47,802 nt of DNA, from IMG/VR virus record IMGVR_UViG_3300015275_000001, positions 1 through 47,802 of that record; one strand, given 5' to 3'. Shown in pieces: positions 17,893 to 25,224 of the stretch. Within the stretch, counting starts at the first letter, position 1; each line of letters begins with the position of its first letter. The position numbers and the translations under genes were made by a program. Origin of the DNA: a virus. Below the pieces are notes generated by a model. That model was not told the DNA's origin and did no database searches. It was given only the letters and a program-made list of their open reading frames with translations.

Positions 17893-19026
17893 TTATGCCG
17901 CTTCGGTGTTGTGGAACGGTTTCTTCCAAGCCGACGACAGGTTCGCCTTCTGCTTGGCGCGATCGTTCAGATACTCGGTGTGCGCGTCGGTGACCTGCGC
18001 AGGCGAGCCCAGCGGCTGGATCTTCTGTTCCGCAACCTTCGCGTCCTTGGTCGCGACAGCGAAGGAGGCGGCGATTTGCGCGTCGTTCCAGCCTTCAGCA
18101 GCATCGCCCATGACCTTGGTCACCGCCGCCTTCATGATGGCGGCCTCGTCCATCGCATCCGTCACCTCGACGCCGATTGCCTTGGCCTTGCCGACGACCT
18201 GGGCATATGCCTTAGCGGCATCACGCAGTTGGGCCGGAGTGGGCTTCGCGTCTTCCAGCGCCTTCTTTTCAGTCTTGAGCGTCGCGATTTCCGTGTCGCG
18301 CGCCGCGATGGTGGCGGCATGCTCGCCAACCGTCTTGGTCGCAGCGTCACGCGCGGCGATAAGAGTCTGAACGGTGGCGATTGCCGTATCGGCGTTCGCC
18401 ATGTCGACGGTCAGCCCGTCGATAACCATGGTCTTCACGGGCTTCTCCGTCTTCAGGGTGTCGAAAAGGTTGGAGGGGAGGGCGTCACAAATGGCGCAGT
18501 CGGAGCCAGCGCGGCCCCGGTCGACCAGCGCGACATGGTTCCCGATGATAGAACCGGGCTTCTGGCGGGCCTGGCACTTGGTGCCGTCCGCCGCGGTAAA
18601 ATCACCCACTTCGACGTCGCAGGCGTAGCCGTTGGACAACTCGCGCTTGCCGCCGTTGACCTTGGCCACGGTGGTGGCGTCGGTCAGCATCAGGTCGAAG
18701 GTGAGGTATTCGCCATCACGCATCGCACCCATGATTGTCCCGCGCGCGTGGGTCCGCCAATTGTCAGCGGTGACGGGCTGGGAGGGGTGATCGTCGGTGA
18801 TCGGCTTGCCGATGAAACTGCGAACGGCGCGTTCGTCAAAGACCGCGTTCTCGTCACGCAGAACATTGACGACGGCCGTGTCTCGCAGCCCATGCGTATT
18901 GTCGGGGTCTATCTCGCGACCGGCATACTGATACACGCCGGTTCGGGCGGCTCGTGCTCGAACAGCCAAAGCACCGCCTTGCAGCGGGCGGGGGGCGTCG
19001 AGCGTCAGGGCATCCGAGAATAGCAC
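17893..19026 (-). CDS. Head scaffolding/maturation protein (DUF2213-like, 377 aa)
   Basis: The N-terminal part ...VYQYAGREI...VLRDENAVFDE..V.SF.GKPITDDHP... is DUF2213-like. The C-terminal part is an Ala/Lys/Asp-rich coiled coil. GTG start. Confidence 0.65.
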   Translation of the reverse strand: MLFSDALTLDAPRPLQGGALAVRARAARTGVYQYAGREIDPDNTHGLRDTAVVNVLRDENAVFDERAVRSFIGKPITDDHPSQPVTADNWRTHARGTIMGAMRDGEYLTFDLMLTDATTVAKVNGGKRELSNGYACDVEVGDFTAADGTKCQARQKPGSIIGNHVALVDRGRAGSDCAICDALPSNLFDTLKTEKPVKTMVIDGLTVDMANADTAIATVQTLIAARDAATKTVGEHAATIAARDTEIATLKTEKKALEDAKPTPAQLRDAAKAYAQVVGKAKAIGVEVTDAMDEAAIMKAAVTKVMGDAAEGWNDAQIAASFAVATKDAKVAEQKIQPLGSPAQVTDAHTEYLNDRAKQKANLSSAWKKPFHNTEAA

Positions 19027-19058
19027 CCTGCCCGAATATTCGGGCTAGACGGGGCGAT

Positions 19059-19068
19059 TTACCGCCGT
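19059..19068 (-). repeat. Late-operon junction element, copy F (minus strand CTGACGGCGGTAAAT)
   Basis: ttaccgccgt lies 5 nt after the TGA (19073-19075). It is followed by CCCCGTCTAGCCC and the 16-nt palindrome GCCCGAATATTCGGGC, before the GTG at 19026. Confidence 0.7.
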
Positions 19069-19072
19069 CAGG

Positions 19073-19345
19073 TCAGAGATTGTCGATTGGCATCCCGTTT
19101 TGGTCGTATGCTATCCAGCCGGTTTCCGCATCAGTCACCGTCTCGATCACGATGCCGTTATAGACCAACTCGCTCCACATCGCGGCAGGATAGGCCAGCG
19201 ATCCGGCCATTTCTGGAGCAAGGTTGTCCGCGAACGGCTTGGCGGCTCGGATGCGGACGACCTTGCGCCCGTCTTGCGCCGCCCTCTCAGTCAGTCGGTC
19301 GATCTGCCACCTGATGGGCTGGTCGCCATGAATGCCGTCTGTCAT
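19073..19345 (-). CDS. Hypothetical protein (90 aa)
   Basis: ATGA-type coupling to the upstream ORF. Confidence 0.55.
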   Translation of the reverse strand: MTDGIHGDQPIRWQIDRLTERAAQDGRKVVRIRAAKPFADNLAPEMAGSLAYPAAMWSELVYNGIVIETVTDAETGWIAYDQNGMPIDNL

Positions 19346-19599
19346 TTACCTTCCTCCAGCAGCGCGTCGATCATGGCGCGCCACGCACGCGTTATCTCAA
19401 CATCCGGAGTGTCGGCATCTTCTCGGCTCAGATTAAGGTCGCGATAAGCGGCCTCCAGCATCCCTTCACTCGGCTCGCGGATAGCCACGATGACGGCGCG
19501 GGCTACCGGCAGCACCTCCTGCCAAGCCAGAGGACTTTCACCACCATCAAGCGGGTAGTTGTCGACTAGCGCCCTCGCGGCTCGCTCCAGCGGGGTCAT
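19342..19599 (-). CDS. Hypothetical protein (85 aa), member of a 3-copy small-protein family
   Basis: ...VIVAIREPSEGMLEAA...TRAWRAMIDALLEE is shared with 19596..19904 and 45041..45385. Confidence 0.55.
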   Translation of the reverse strand: MTPLERAARALVDNYPLDGGESPLAWQEVLPVARAVIVAIREPSEGMLEAAYRDLNLSREDADTPDVEITRAWRAMIDALLEEGK

Positions 19600-19904
19600 G
19601 CTACCGGTTCCATCGCAGCCGCTTTAATCATGGCTTGATACCCACGTTGCGCGTCCCATGCCGCGACTTTTGGGTCGAAGTCCGTTGGTCCGCTTAATTC
19701 CCGCAAAAGGGCTTGTCGCATATCTGGCGTCGGATCGCGCATTGCTATGATCGCAGCACGGAGCATCTTGTCGAGAGCGCCGGGGGCAACTGTGCCTCTC
19801 TCGTCACCTCTCAGCAGCAATTCTTGCACGTCGGTGGTGATACCATGCTCAGCCAGCGCCACTAGCGCGGCGGTCTTTGCTCGGGTTATGATGCTATCAG
19901 CCAT
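19596..19904 (-). CDS. Hypothetical protein (102 aa), same small-protein family
   Basis: ...AIIAMRDPTPDMRQAL...YQAMIKAAA. A GAGGTG RBS precedes the ATG at 19904. Confidence 0.55.
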   Translation of the reverse strand: MADSIITRAKTAALVALAEHGITTDVQELLLRGDERGTVAPGALDKMLRAAIIAMRDPTPDMRQALLRELSGPTDFDPKVAAWDAQRGYQAMIKAAAMEPVA

Positions 19905-19975
19905 ATCGCACCTCAGTTGCGTTGTGGTCAGACCTACCCGCGATGTTGACGCATCCGGGTGGGTCGCTGCTGATC

Positions 19976-20074
19976 TGGGCCTGGGGAGTCGAACCCCAAT
20001 CGTGGCATCCTCAACAGGCCGTATGCATCCGGTGGCTGCCTACTCTACCGCGCTCCAAAACCCTGTTCAGGCCC
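19976..20074 (-). ncRNA. tRNA-like element (canonical T-arm; no clean cloverleaf)
   Basis: The minus strand has TGGGG-TTCGACT-CCCCA (19983-19997 on +). The following 3' strand CAGGCCC has a perfect 7-nt complement GGGCCTG 85 nt upstream (20068-20074). Lies in a 218-nt non-coding gap. Confidence 0.3.
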
Positions 20075-20122
20075 CGATAATCAGCCCACAAATACTACCA
20101 CGCTCCAGACTCGCGACCAAGC

Positions 20123-20971
20123 CTAATCGAAGATCAAAACGGCTTGTTCGCGGCAGCCGCAGAAGGGAGGGCGTCCTGGCCTATCATCTGAGGCCACCTC
20201 CTGCGCGACGGTCTTGCCCTCCACAACGCGCCCGATCATGTCGGGATTGCTGGTGTAGAGGTTCCCGTCGCGTTCCTCGTGTCGGACGCGGGGATGGAGC
20301 TTGCGACTATGCTTCCACTCGTAGACCGATAGCCCGGCCTGAGTGCGGCGCTCAGCGTTCAAGGCGGCGGTTAGCTTGCTAAGCTGGTCGCTGGCGATCC
20401 TAGTCGACCGATCGCGCGCCAAGCCAGTGGCTTCCCGGATCTTAGCCGCCACTTCGCGCGCCGGGGTGCGATTGCGCAGGCCGTCGAATACTGCAGTACC
20501 GATCCGCTGGCGGGCCTGCGCGCTGACATCCTTAACCAGCGAGACGTTCCACTCGATCGCGGCCTCTAGCGGCTGCTGAACGTCATTCACCGACAGCATC
20601 GTGGTCAGGTCGACGTCAGACGCAGCAAGTGCGGCGCCGATCCACTTTCCTCGCTGCCAACGCTCTACCCGCAGAGCCCAATCACCCATCGCTGCGCGCA
20701 ACGACAGGACCAGCCGCAGAAATTCGTTCTCAGCCTGGTCGAGCTGCCCGTTGATGTCGCTGGCAGCGTCCGTCGTCAGCGCAGACAGGCTGCGCTGGTA
20801 CTCCGCTAGGATGGCGTCAGTGCGGCGCGTCCAGATGGCTACGGCTGGTGCGTAGACCCGCTGATAGAGGTTCGTCGCGAACGTGGCAGGGGGCTTGATG
20901 TCGCGGAACGTCACCGACTTGCGGCGTCGGTTTCGGCCGTTTCTGGCGAGGGCGGCTAGGTCGAAGCGCAC
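20123..20971 (-). CDS. Head morphogenesis protein (SPP1 gp7 / Mu F-like, 282 aa)
   Basis: ...VYEWKHSRKLHPRVRHEERDGNLY... matches the conserved C-terminal motif of the family. Follows the portal gene. GTG start. Confidence 0.75.
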   Translation of the reverse strand: MRFDLAALARNGRNRRRKSVTFRDIKPPATFATNLYQRVYAPAVAIWTRRTDAILAEYQRSLSALTTDAASDINGQLDQAENEFLRLVLSLRAAMGDWALRVERWQRGKWIGAALAASDVDLTTMLSVNDVQQPLEAAIEWNVSLVKDVSAQARQRIGTAVFDGLRNRTPAREVAAKIREATGLARDRSTRIASDQLSKLTAALNAERRTQAGLSVYEWKHSRKLHPRVRHEERDGNLYTSNPDMIGRVVEGKTVAQEVASDDRPGRPPFCGCREQAVLIFD

Positions 20972-20974
20972 GGA

Positions 20975-21154
20975 TCACCTCGACGACGGCGCGACAGTCA
21001 CCTGCACTTTGACGAAGCTCATTGCGATCGCTGTGGCCCGGTCAACGCTGATCATACGCAGCGCGACCAAGGGATACAGCATCCGGATGACCACCGCAGC
21101 CACCTTGGCCTTTACGGACAGGTCCAAGGTTATGGCGCCCTCAGTCTTGGCCAT
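20975..21154 (-). CDS. Small hypothetical protein (59 aa)
   Basis: ATG at 21154 has a GAGGAG RBS and overlaps the portal stop by 14 nt. Confidence 0.4.
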   Translation of the reverse strand: MAKTEGAITLDLSVKAKVAAVVIRMLYPLVALRMISVDRATAIAMSFVKVQVTVAPSSR

Positions 21155-23033
21155 TGCTGATCTCCTCAAAGATTTCCGGCCCCAGCTCGATAGGGCCGCG
21201 ATACGGCTCGACATTGGTCAGGTCGACTGGATCGCCGGTCAGGGAGATATGCGGCTGATAGTCGGGTAAGTCCCACGACGCGCCAGCTTCACGCATCTCG
21301 CGGTTCCGCCAGCCGAGATCCGACGACGCGAACATGAGGACGGCAGTGCGATCCCCCAGCGGCTCGACCACGCGCGGCCCACCCGCCGTGATCAACATAT
21401 CGCCGCTACCCTTGCCGCTATAGTCCACCCACGACGACCCCATCTTGATCCAGTCGACCGGGGTCGTGCTGTAGGCGATGGTGACGTGCAGATCGTCTTG
21501 CAGATCGGGCAATCCCTGCGATTTAGCCCACGCTTTCAGATCGCCCACGTTCTTGACCTTGCGGCTGACGTAGAGCGAGCGCGGCGCGGCATCATTCGCG
21601 GCACGACGCCGACCGGCGCTTCCATCACCGGTCGGATCGTCGGCAGATGCAGGATCACCTCCTTCCACTCCGTTGCCGGATTGCGTGAGGGCAGATGGGT
21701 CGGAACCGTCGTCTTCGGGAATGAGGCCGAAGCGCTCTTGTTCGGGAATTTCCGCCAAAGCCGCGTCGATGCCGACCAGCCAGCTTTCGCGATCGGAAAG
21801 GGTGTTCTGCACCGCCTTGGTCAGTGCCTGATCTGGGACAGTGCCGGTGCCTTGCAGCTTCTCGACGGCCTGAGTGAAGACGTAGAAAGTGTCCGCGTCT
21901 TCCTTCTCGGTCGGAGCCCACAGCGGCGCCCACTTCCACGACACCGTGCCCGGATCGGTGATGCCAGCGGACCGCAGCAGGACGGGGTCGATCTGGTCGA
22001 GGCACGGCCGCGTCTCAAGCTGCTGGCCAGCCGATACCGTCTTTGCCCAGTTCTGATCGTCATAGGCGCCGGTCGCATTCATGCCAGCCGGTGATCGGCC
22101 GGTGAGGCGGGTGAACGGGATGTCCGCAACGGTCGCCACCATCTGGAGGAAAGCGTCCATCATGGCCGGGATGCCGTTCCATGACACCTGATAGTCATCG
22201 ATTTTCTCGGCAGGAAGATCGCCCCCATTGCCAAGGTCATAGACGCTGGCGTTCAGAGAGTTTTCACCCTCCGCCAGCAGCCCGACGCGCGCGGCAATCT
22301 TGGAGTACCCATCCGGCGTGGCGACACGATCGGAGAGGTTGCCGATGCCGACGCGGGTCAGCTTGGCCTTCTTGATGAGCGCCGCGAACCATGCCTGCGC
22401 ATTGTCGCTGTTCTCCGCCTCTCGCAGCACGGTCAGCAGGCGGCTATCGCCCCAGAACGCTTCCTCATCGGTAAGCAGCGAGCCGACCGGCAGGGCGGGC
22501 CCACGGAAGCACACGACGCGGCTGGGGTGGATTGGGACCGATCGTCCGTCCGTATCCATGAGGAAGCGGGTCGGCTCTCCATAACGGGGGTCGGTAATCT
22601 CGCGGATCCAGCCATCGCCCCGGATTTGCCACCGGCTGACGACGTTGACCGCGACCAGCCCGCCTGCGTTGATCGTCGCTGGGTCGAGGGGCTGCGAATG
22701 GTCCCCGGCCGTGATGAGGATGAGCGCACCGCCCCCGATGCCGCGAAGGACTTCCGCCTGGCGCACCTTGGCGATCAGTCCGAGCCGCTTTTCCTCAGCC
22801 TCGATCTTGCCCGCCAGATCGCCATCCGCCTGCCAGTCGCGCCATTCACGGACGCGATCATTGGCGGGGATCGCGATGACCTTACGCAGCAGGCCACTCG
22901 ACTGGTAGGCGGCGATGGCCAGCTGATAATTAAAGACCCCGTAGGTCCCGAACGTGGATCGGTTGCCGAAACGGGAGAGTGGCGAGGCTACCGCTGCGAT
23001 CGCACGGGTCAAGCTGTCGGTGATCCACGCCAT
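21141..23033 (-). CDS. Portal protein (DUF1073-like) fused to a C-terminal 2H-phosphoesterase (Acb1/LigT-like) domain (630 aa)
   Basis: Directly downstream of the large terminase. Aa 1-440 are portal-like and aa 440-485 form an acidic/Gly linker. Aa 486-630 carry two H-x-T/S motifs 79 aa apart (DLHVTIAYS and QPHISLTGD). Confidence 0.8.
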   Translation of the reverse strand: MAWITDSLTRAIAAVASPLSRFGNRSTFGTYGVFNYQLAIAAYQSSGLLRKVIAIPANDRVREWRDWQADGDLAGKIEAEEKRLGLIAKVRQAEVLRGIGGGALILITAGDHSQPLDPATINAGGLVAVNVVSRWQIRGDGWIREITDPRYGEPTRFLMDTDGRSVPIHPSRVVCFRGPALPVGSLLTDEEAFWGDSRLLTVLREAENSDNAQAWFAALIKKAKLTRVGIGNLSDRVATPDGYSKIAARVGLLAEGENSLNASVYDLGNGGDLPAEKIDDYQVSWNGIPAMMDAFLQMVATVADIPFTRLTGRSPAGMNATGAYDDQNWAKTVSAGQQLETRPCLDQIDPVLLRSAGITDPGTVSWKWAPLWAPTEKEDADTFYVFTQAVEKLQGTGTVPDQALTKAVQNTLSDRESWLVGIDAALAEIPEQERFGLIPEDDGSDPSALTQSGNGVEGGDPASADDPTGDGSAGRRRAANDAAPRSLYVSRKVKNVGDLKAWAKSQGLPDLQDDLHVTIAYSTTPVDWIKMGSSWVDYSGKGSGDMLITAGGPRVVEPLGDRTAVLMFASSDLGWRNREMREAGASWDLPDYQPHISLTGDPVDLTNVEPYRGPIELGPEIFEEISNGQD

Positions 23034-23066
23034 ACTGCTTGGGCTATGGCGGGGAGGACGAGGGAG

Positions 23067-23076
23067 TTACCGCCGT
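23067..23076 (-). repeat. Late-operon junction element, copy A (minus strand CTGTAACGGCGGTAACT)
   Basis: ttaccgccgt overlaps the terminase TAA (23076-23078), 42 nt before the portal ATG. Confidence 0.75.
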
Positions 23077-24581
23077 TACAGTAGGGCGTCGAGGTTGTAG
23101 CCCCCACCACTTCCCAACATATCGGCGATCGCGTCCATCAACGGGTCGACCTGATCGTCCCAGCCGGTGCCAAGGCCATCAAACATCTGAAGCTCGGCAC
23201 GCAGCGCCACCTTGCATTCGTGATTCTCGGGCAGGTGAACCATCCCTGTCGCGATCCAGGGCGCGGCGTCTAGGCCCCGCGTGTACTTGTCCTTGTCGCG
23301 GGGGATGCCAATCACTGGGATTTGCTGGTTGCGCCGCAATGACTGGATCAGCCCCGTGCCAGACGCCTTGTCCTCGACCTTAAAACCGCGTGGCGTCAGC
23401 GCCTTATGCTTCTCCCAGAATGCCTTGGCTGCCTTCTCAAGCTCCGGGGCCTCCCATTTGCCTCGCACTTGGTCGATCAGGTATATCCCGCTGGCAGCCT
23501 TCCCCCATAGCTGGATCACGCTGAAGTCGTTACGCTCCCCTGTTTTCTGCGCGGTATCGGCGTAGATCGAATAATACTCGATCGCGGGCAGATCTTTCCA
23601 CCACTTGAAACCATCCATGTTGAACAGCGCGCCTTCTATCGACACCGGCCGTTGCATGTACTGGCTGGCGAAGGTGTAGGCGTCCGCCTTGAGCACCTCG
23701 ATCTCCGTCGCGTCATGCTTCTCGCGCCAGAGCGGGCCATTCGGGAGGTTGTGCTGAATGGGCAGGCCGTGGGTCCACTCGACTGGGTAGGGCTCGCTGT
23801 TGTCGATCAAGACCGGCAGGTTGAGGTGGTGCCACTTCTCACCAGTGCCGCCCGTCAGCAGGTGCCCCACGAAGTCGTCCGAGTGCAGCCGCTGCATGAT
23901 GACGATGATAGGCACGTCATCATGCGCCAGGCGCGACCGAAAAGTGTTGGTAGCACGCTGGTTGACCGTCTTGCGCTTGGTCGGGCTGAACGCGTCGTCC
24001 GGCTTCAGCGGGTCGTCAATGACCAGCGCCCCGGTGAACATCGTGCGGTCCATGTACCCGGCGCGGAAGCCCGTGATAGGGCCACCAGCAGCCTTTGCCA
24101 GCATACCACCACCCGCAGTCGTCTTCCACCTGTCCTTGGCCTTGCTGTCGACCCTGACAGCCACCTCCTGCACCGCTTGATAGCCGTCGAGCGCCACCAA
24201 CCCCAGCACCTTGTCGCTATTCTCCCGCGCTAGATCGTCGGAAAACGTCGCATGGATGAACCGAGACTTCGGGTTGCGGTGGAAGCCCTTGGCGATGAAA
24301 TTGACGACCGCCGCCTCGGTCTTGGTATAGCCAGGGGGCAGGGTGATGATTAGGCGGGTAATCTCGCCATTCAGCACACGGTCCAGCGTGTCACCGATCG
24401 CGCGATGATGCGGCCCCTCAATGAACTCCATCCCCTCGCGCTCGGGGAAGTACCAGCGCGCGAAGTCCAGCAGCTTGCCTTCCGGCTTTAGCGCCTCAGC
24501 CTTGCGCTTGGCGACGACAGCCGTCAGCAGCGCTACGCGGGCAGCGCGGTCAGAGTCCGAGAGTGGCAGGGTCGATGCCAA
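23076..24581 (-). CDS. terL: Terminase large subunit (501 aa)
   Basis: Typical phage TerL layout with an N-terminal ATPase and a C-terminal nuclease (...VIDDP...; ...DDQVDPLMDAI...). Position between TerS and portal. The start is uncertain: TTG at 24581, and the next ATG removes 50 aa. Confidence 0.85.
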   Translation of the reverse strand: MASTLPLSDSDRAARVALLTAVVAKRKAEALKPEGKLLDFARWYFPEREGMEFIEGPHHRAIGDTLDRVLNGEITRLIITLPPGYTKTEAAVVNFIAKGFHRNPKSRFIHATFSDDLARENSDKVLGLVALDGYQAVQEVAVRVDSKAKDRWKTTAGGGMLAKAAGGPITGFRAGYMDRTMFTGALVIDDPLKPDDAFSPTKRKTVNQRATNTFRSRLAHDDVPIIVIMQRLHSDDFVGHLLTGGTGEKWHHLNLPVLIDNSEPYPVEWTHGLPIQHNLPNGPLWREKHDATEIEVLKADAYTFASQYMQRPVSIEGALFNMDGFKWWKDLPAIEYYSIYADTAQKTGERNDFSVIQLWGKAASGIYLIDQVRGKWEAPELEKAAKAFWEKHKALTPRGFKVEDKASGTGLIQSLRRNQQIPVIGIPRDKDKYTRGLDAAPWIATGMVHLPENHECKVALRAELQMFDGLGTGWDDQVDPLMDAIADMLGSGGGYNLDALL

Positions 24582-24984
24582 GACGGCGGGCCTCTTCGAT
24601 CAGATTTTCAGTGCTGGCGTCCACGTGCTTGATCGGGCCACCATCCTTGCCAGTGTGCTCAAGGTGGGCCTTCTCAAGCCAATCATCCGGCGCCGCATTC
24701 TTCAACGCAAAAATGGACGAGGTGACGATAGGGCCGTCAGCAGCCTTCAGCAGCCGGCGCTCAAGGAACGCTTGCCGTTTTACCCGACCCAACCGGACCA
24801 GCTCCGCAAATTCGGGGTGCGCCGCCTCCCACTCATAGACCCTCTGACGATGAACGTCGCATTCCGCAGCAGCGGCAGAAAGGGACAGCCCTTCTTCCAT
24901 AATTGCAACGATTTTCTCGCCAAGGGCGGGGTCGTAGGTAGTCGGACGGCCGGGTCCCTTTTGTACTGTCCGGTTATCGCCCAT
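24550..24984 (-). CDS. terS: Terminase small subunit (144 aa)
   Basis: The internal ATG gives MGDNRTVQKGPGRPTTYDPALGEKIVAIMEEGLSLSAAAAECDV.RQRVYEW...PEF, the characteristic HTH N-terminus of small terminases. Confidence 0.65.
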   Translation of the reverse strand: MGDNRTVQKGPGRPTTYDPALGEKIVAIMEEGLSLSAAAAECDVHRQRVYEWEAAHPEFAELVRLGRVKRQAFLERRLLKAADGPIVTSSIFALKNAAPDDWLEKAHLEHTGKDGGPIKHVDASTENLIEEARRLGIDPATLGL

Positions 24985-25213
24985 GGACCACCTCCGGCAA
25001 TTCCACCTTGCCCGTCCGCATAAACGCCTTACGAGCCTCATCCAGCGCCGATCCGCCTGCGAGGTGCATCCATGCCACCAGCCGGTCGGTTCGCGCTCCG
25101 TAGACCCTCTCCAGCCTCCTCCAGCCGCCTTCGATGAAGCAGCGCGCAAATTCACCGGGTTCGCCAGGCAGTGGCAGCGGCGCCTTGGTCGATTGTCCGA
25201 GCATCAACGTCAT
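24974..25213 (-). CDS. Hypothetical protein (79 aa)
   Basis: ATG at 25213 is preceded by GGGAGGG. Confidence 0.5.
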   Translation of the reverse strand: MTLMLGQSTKAPLPLPGEPGEFARCFIEGGWRRLERVYGARTDRLVAWMHLAGGSALDEARKAFMRTGKVELPEVVHGR

Positions 25214-25224
25214 ATCACCCTCCC

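Noticed and set aside
17089-19023. 644-aa plus-strand ORF. Other long antisense ORFs of the same kind are 15949-16974, 8433-9254, 11403-12023, 19747-20382, 21486-22094, 22527-23084, 23652-24233, 24421-25023, 25475-26254, 26880-27455, 31596-32210, 35893-36606 and 44936-45484.
   Set aside because: All lie antisense to ORFs with recognisable phage functions or tight start/stop coupling. They are Arg/Ala/Gly-rich, low-complexity translations typical of open antisense frames in GC-rich DNA. They lack RBSs and coupling.
19976-20074. Calling the T-arm-containing element a bona fide tRNA gene with an anticodon assignment.
   Set aside because: No standard D-arm or anticodon arm could be folded. The best anticodon-like loop (GTTGAGG, anticodon TGA) leaves no matching acceptor 5' strand. 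At 99 nt it is too long, and no CCA is encoded. It is kept only as a tRNA-like element.
23067-23081. TAA-CGG-CGG-TAA (tandem in-frame stops in junction-element copies A, C and E) as a programmed stop-codon read-through signal.
   Set aside because: Read-through would add only two Arg residues before the second stop. Copies B, D and F lack the in-frame second stop. The conservation is better treated as a nucleic-acid element.
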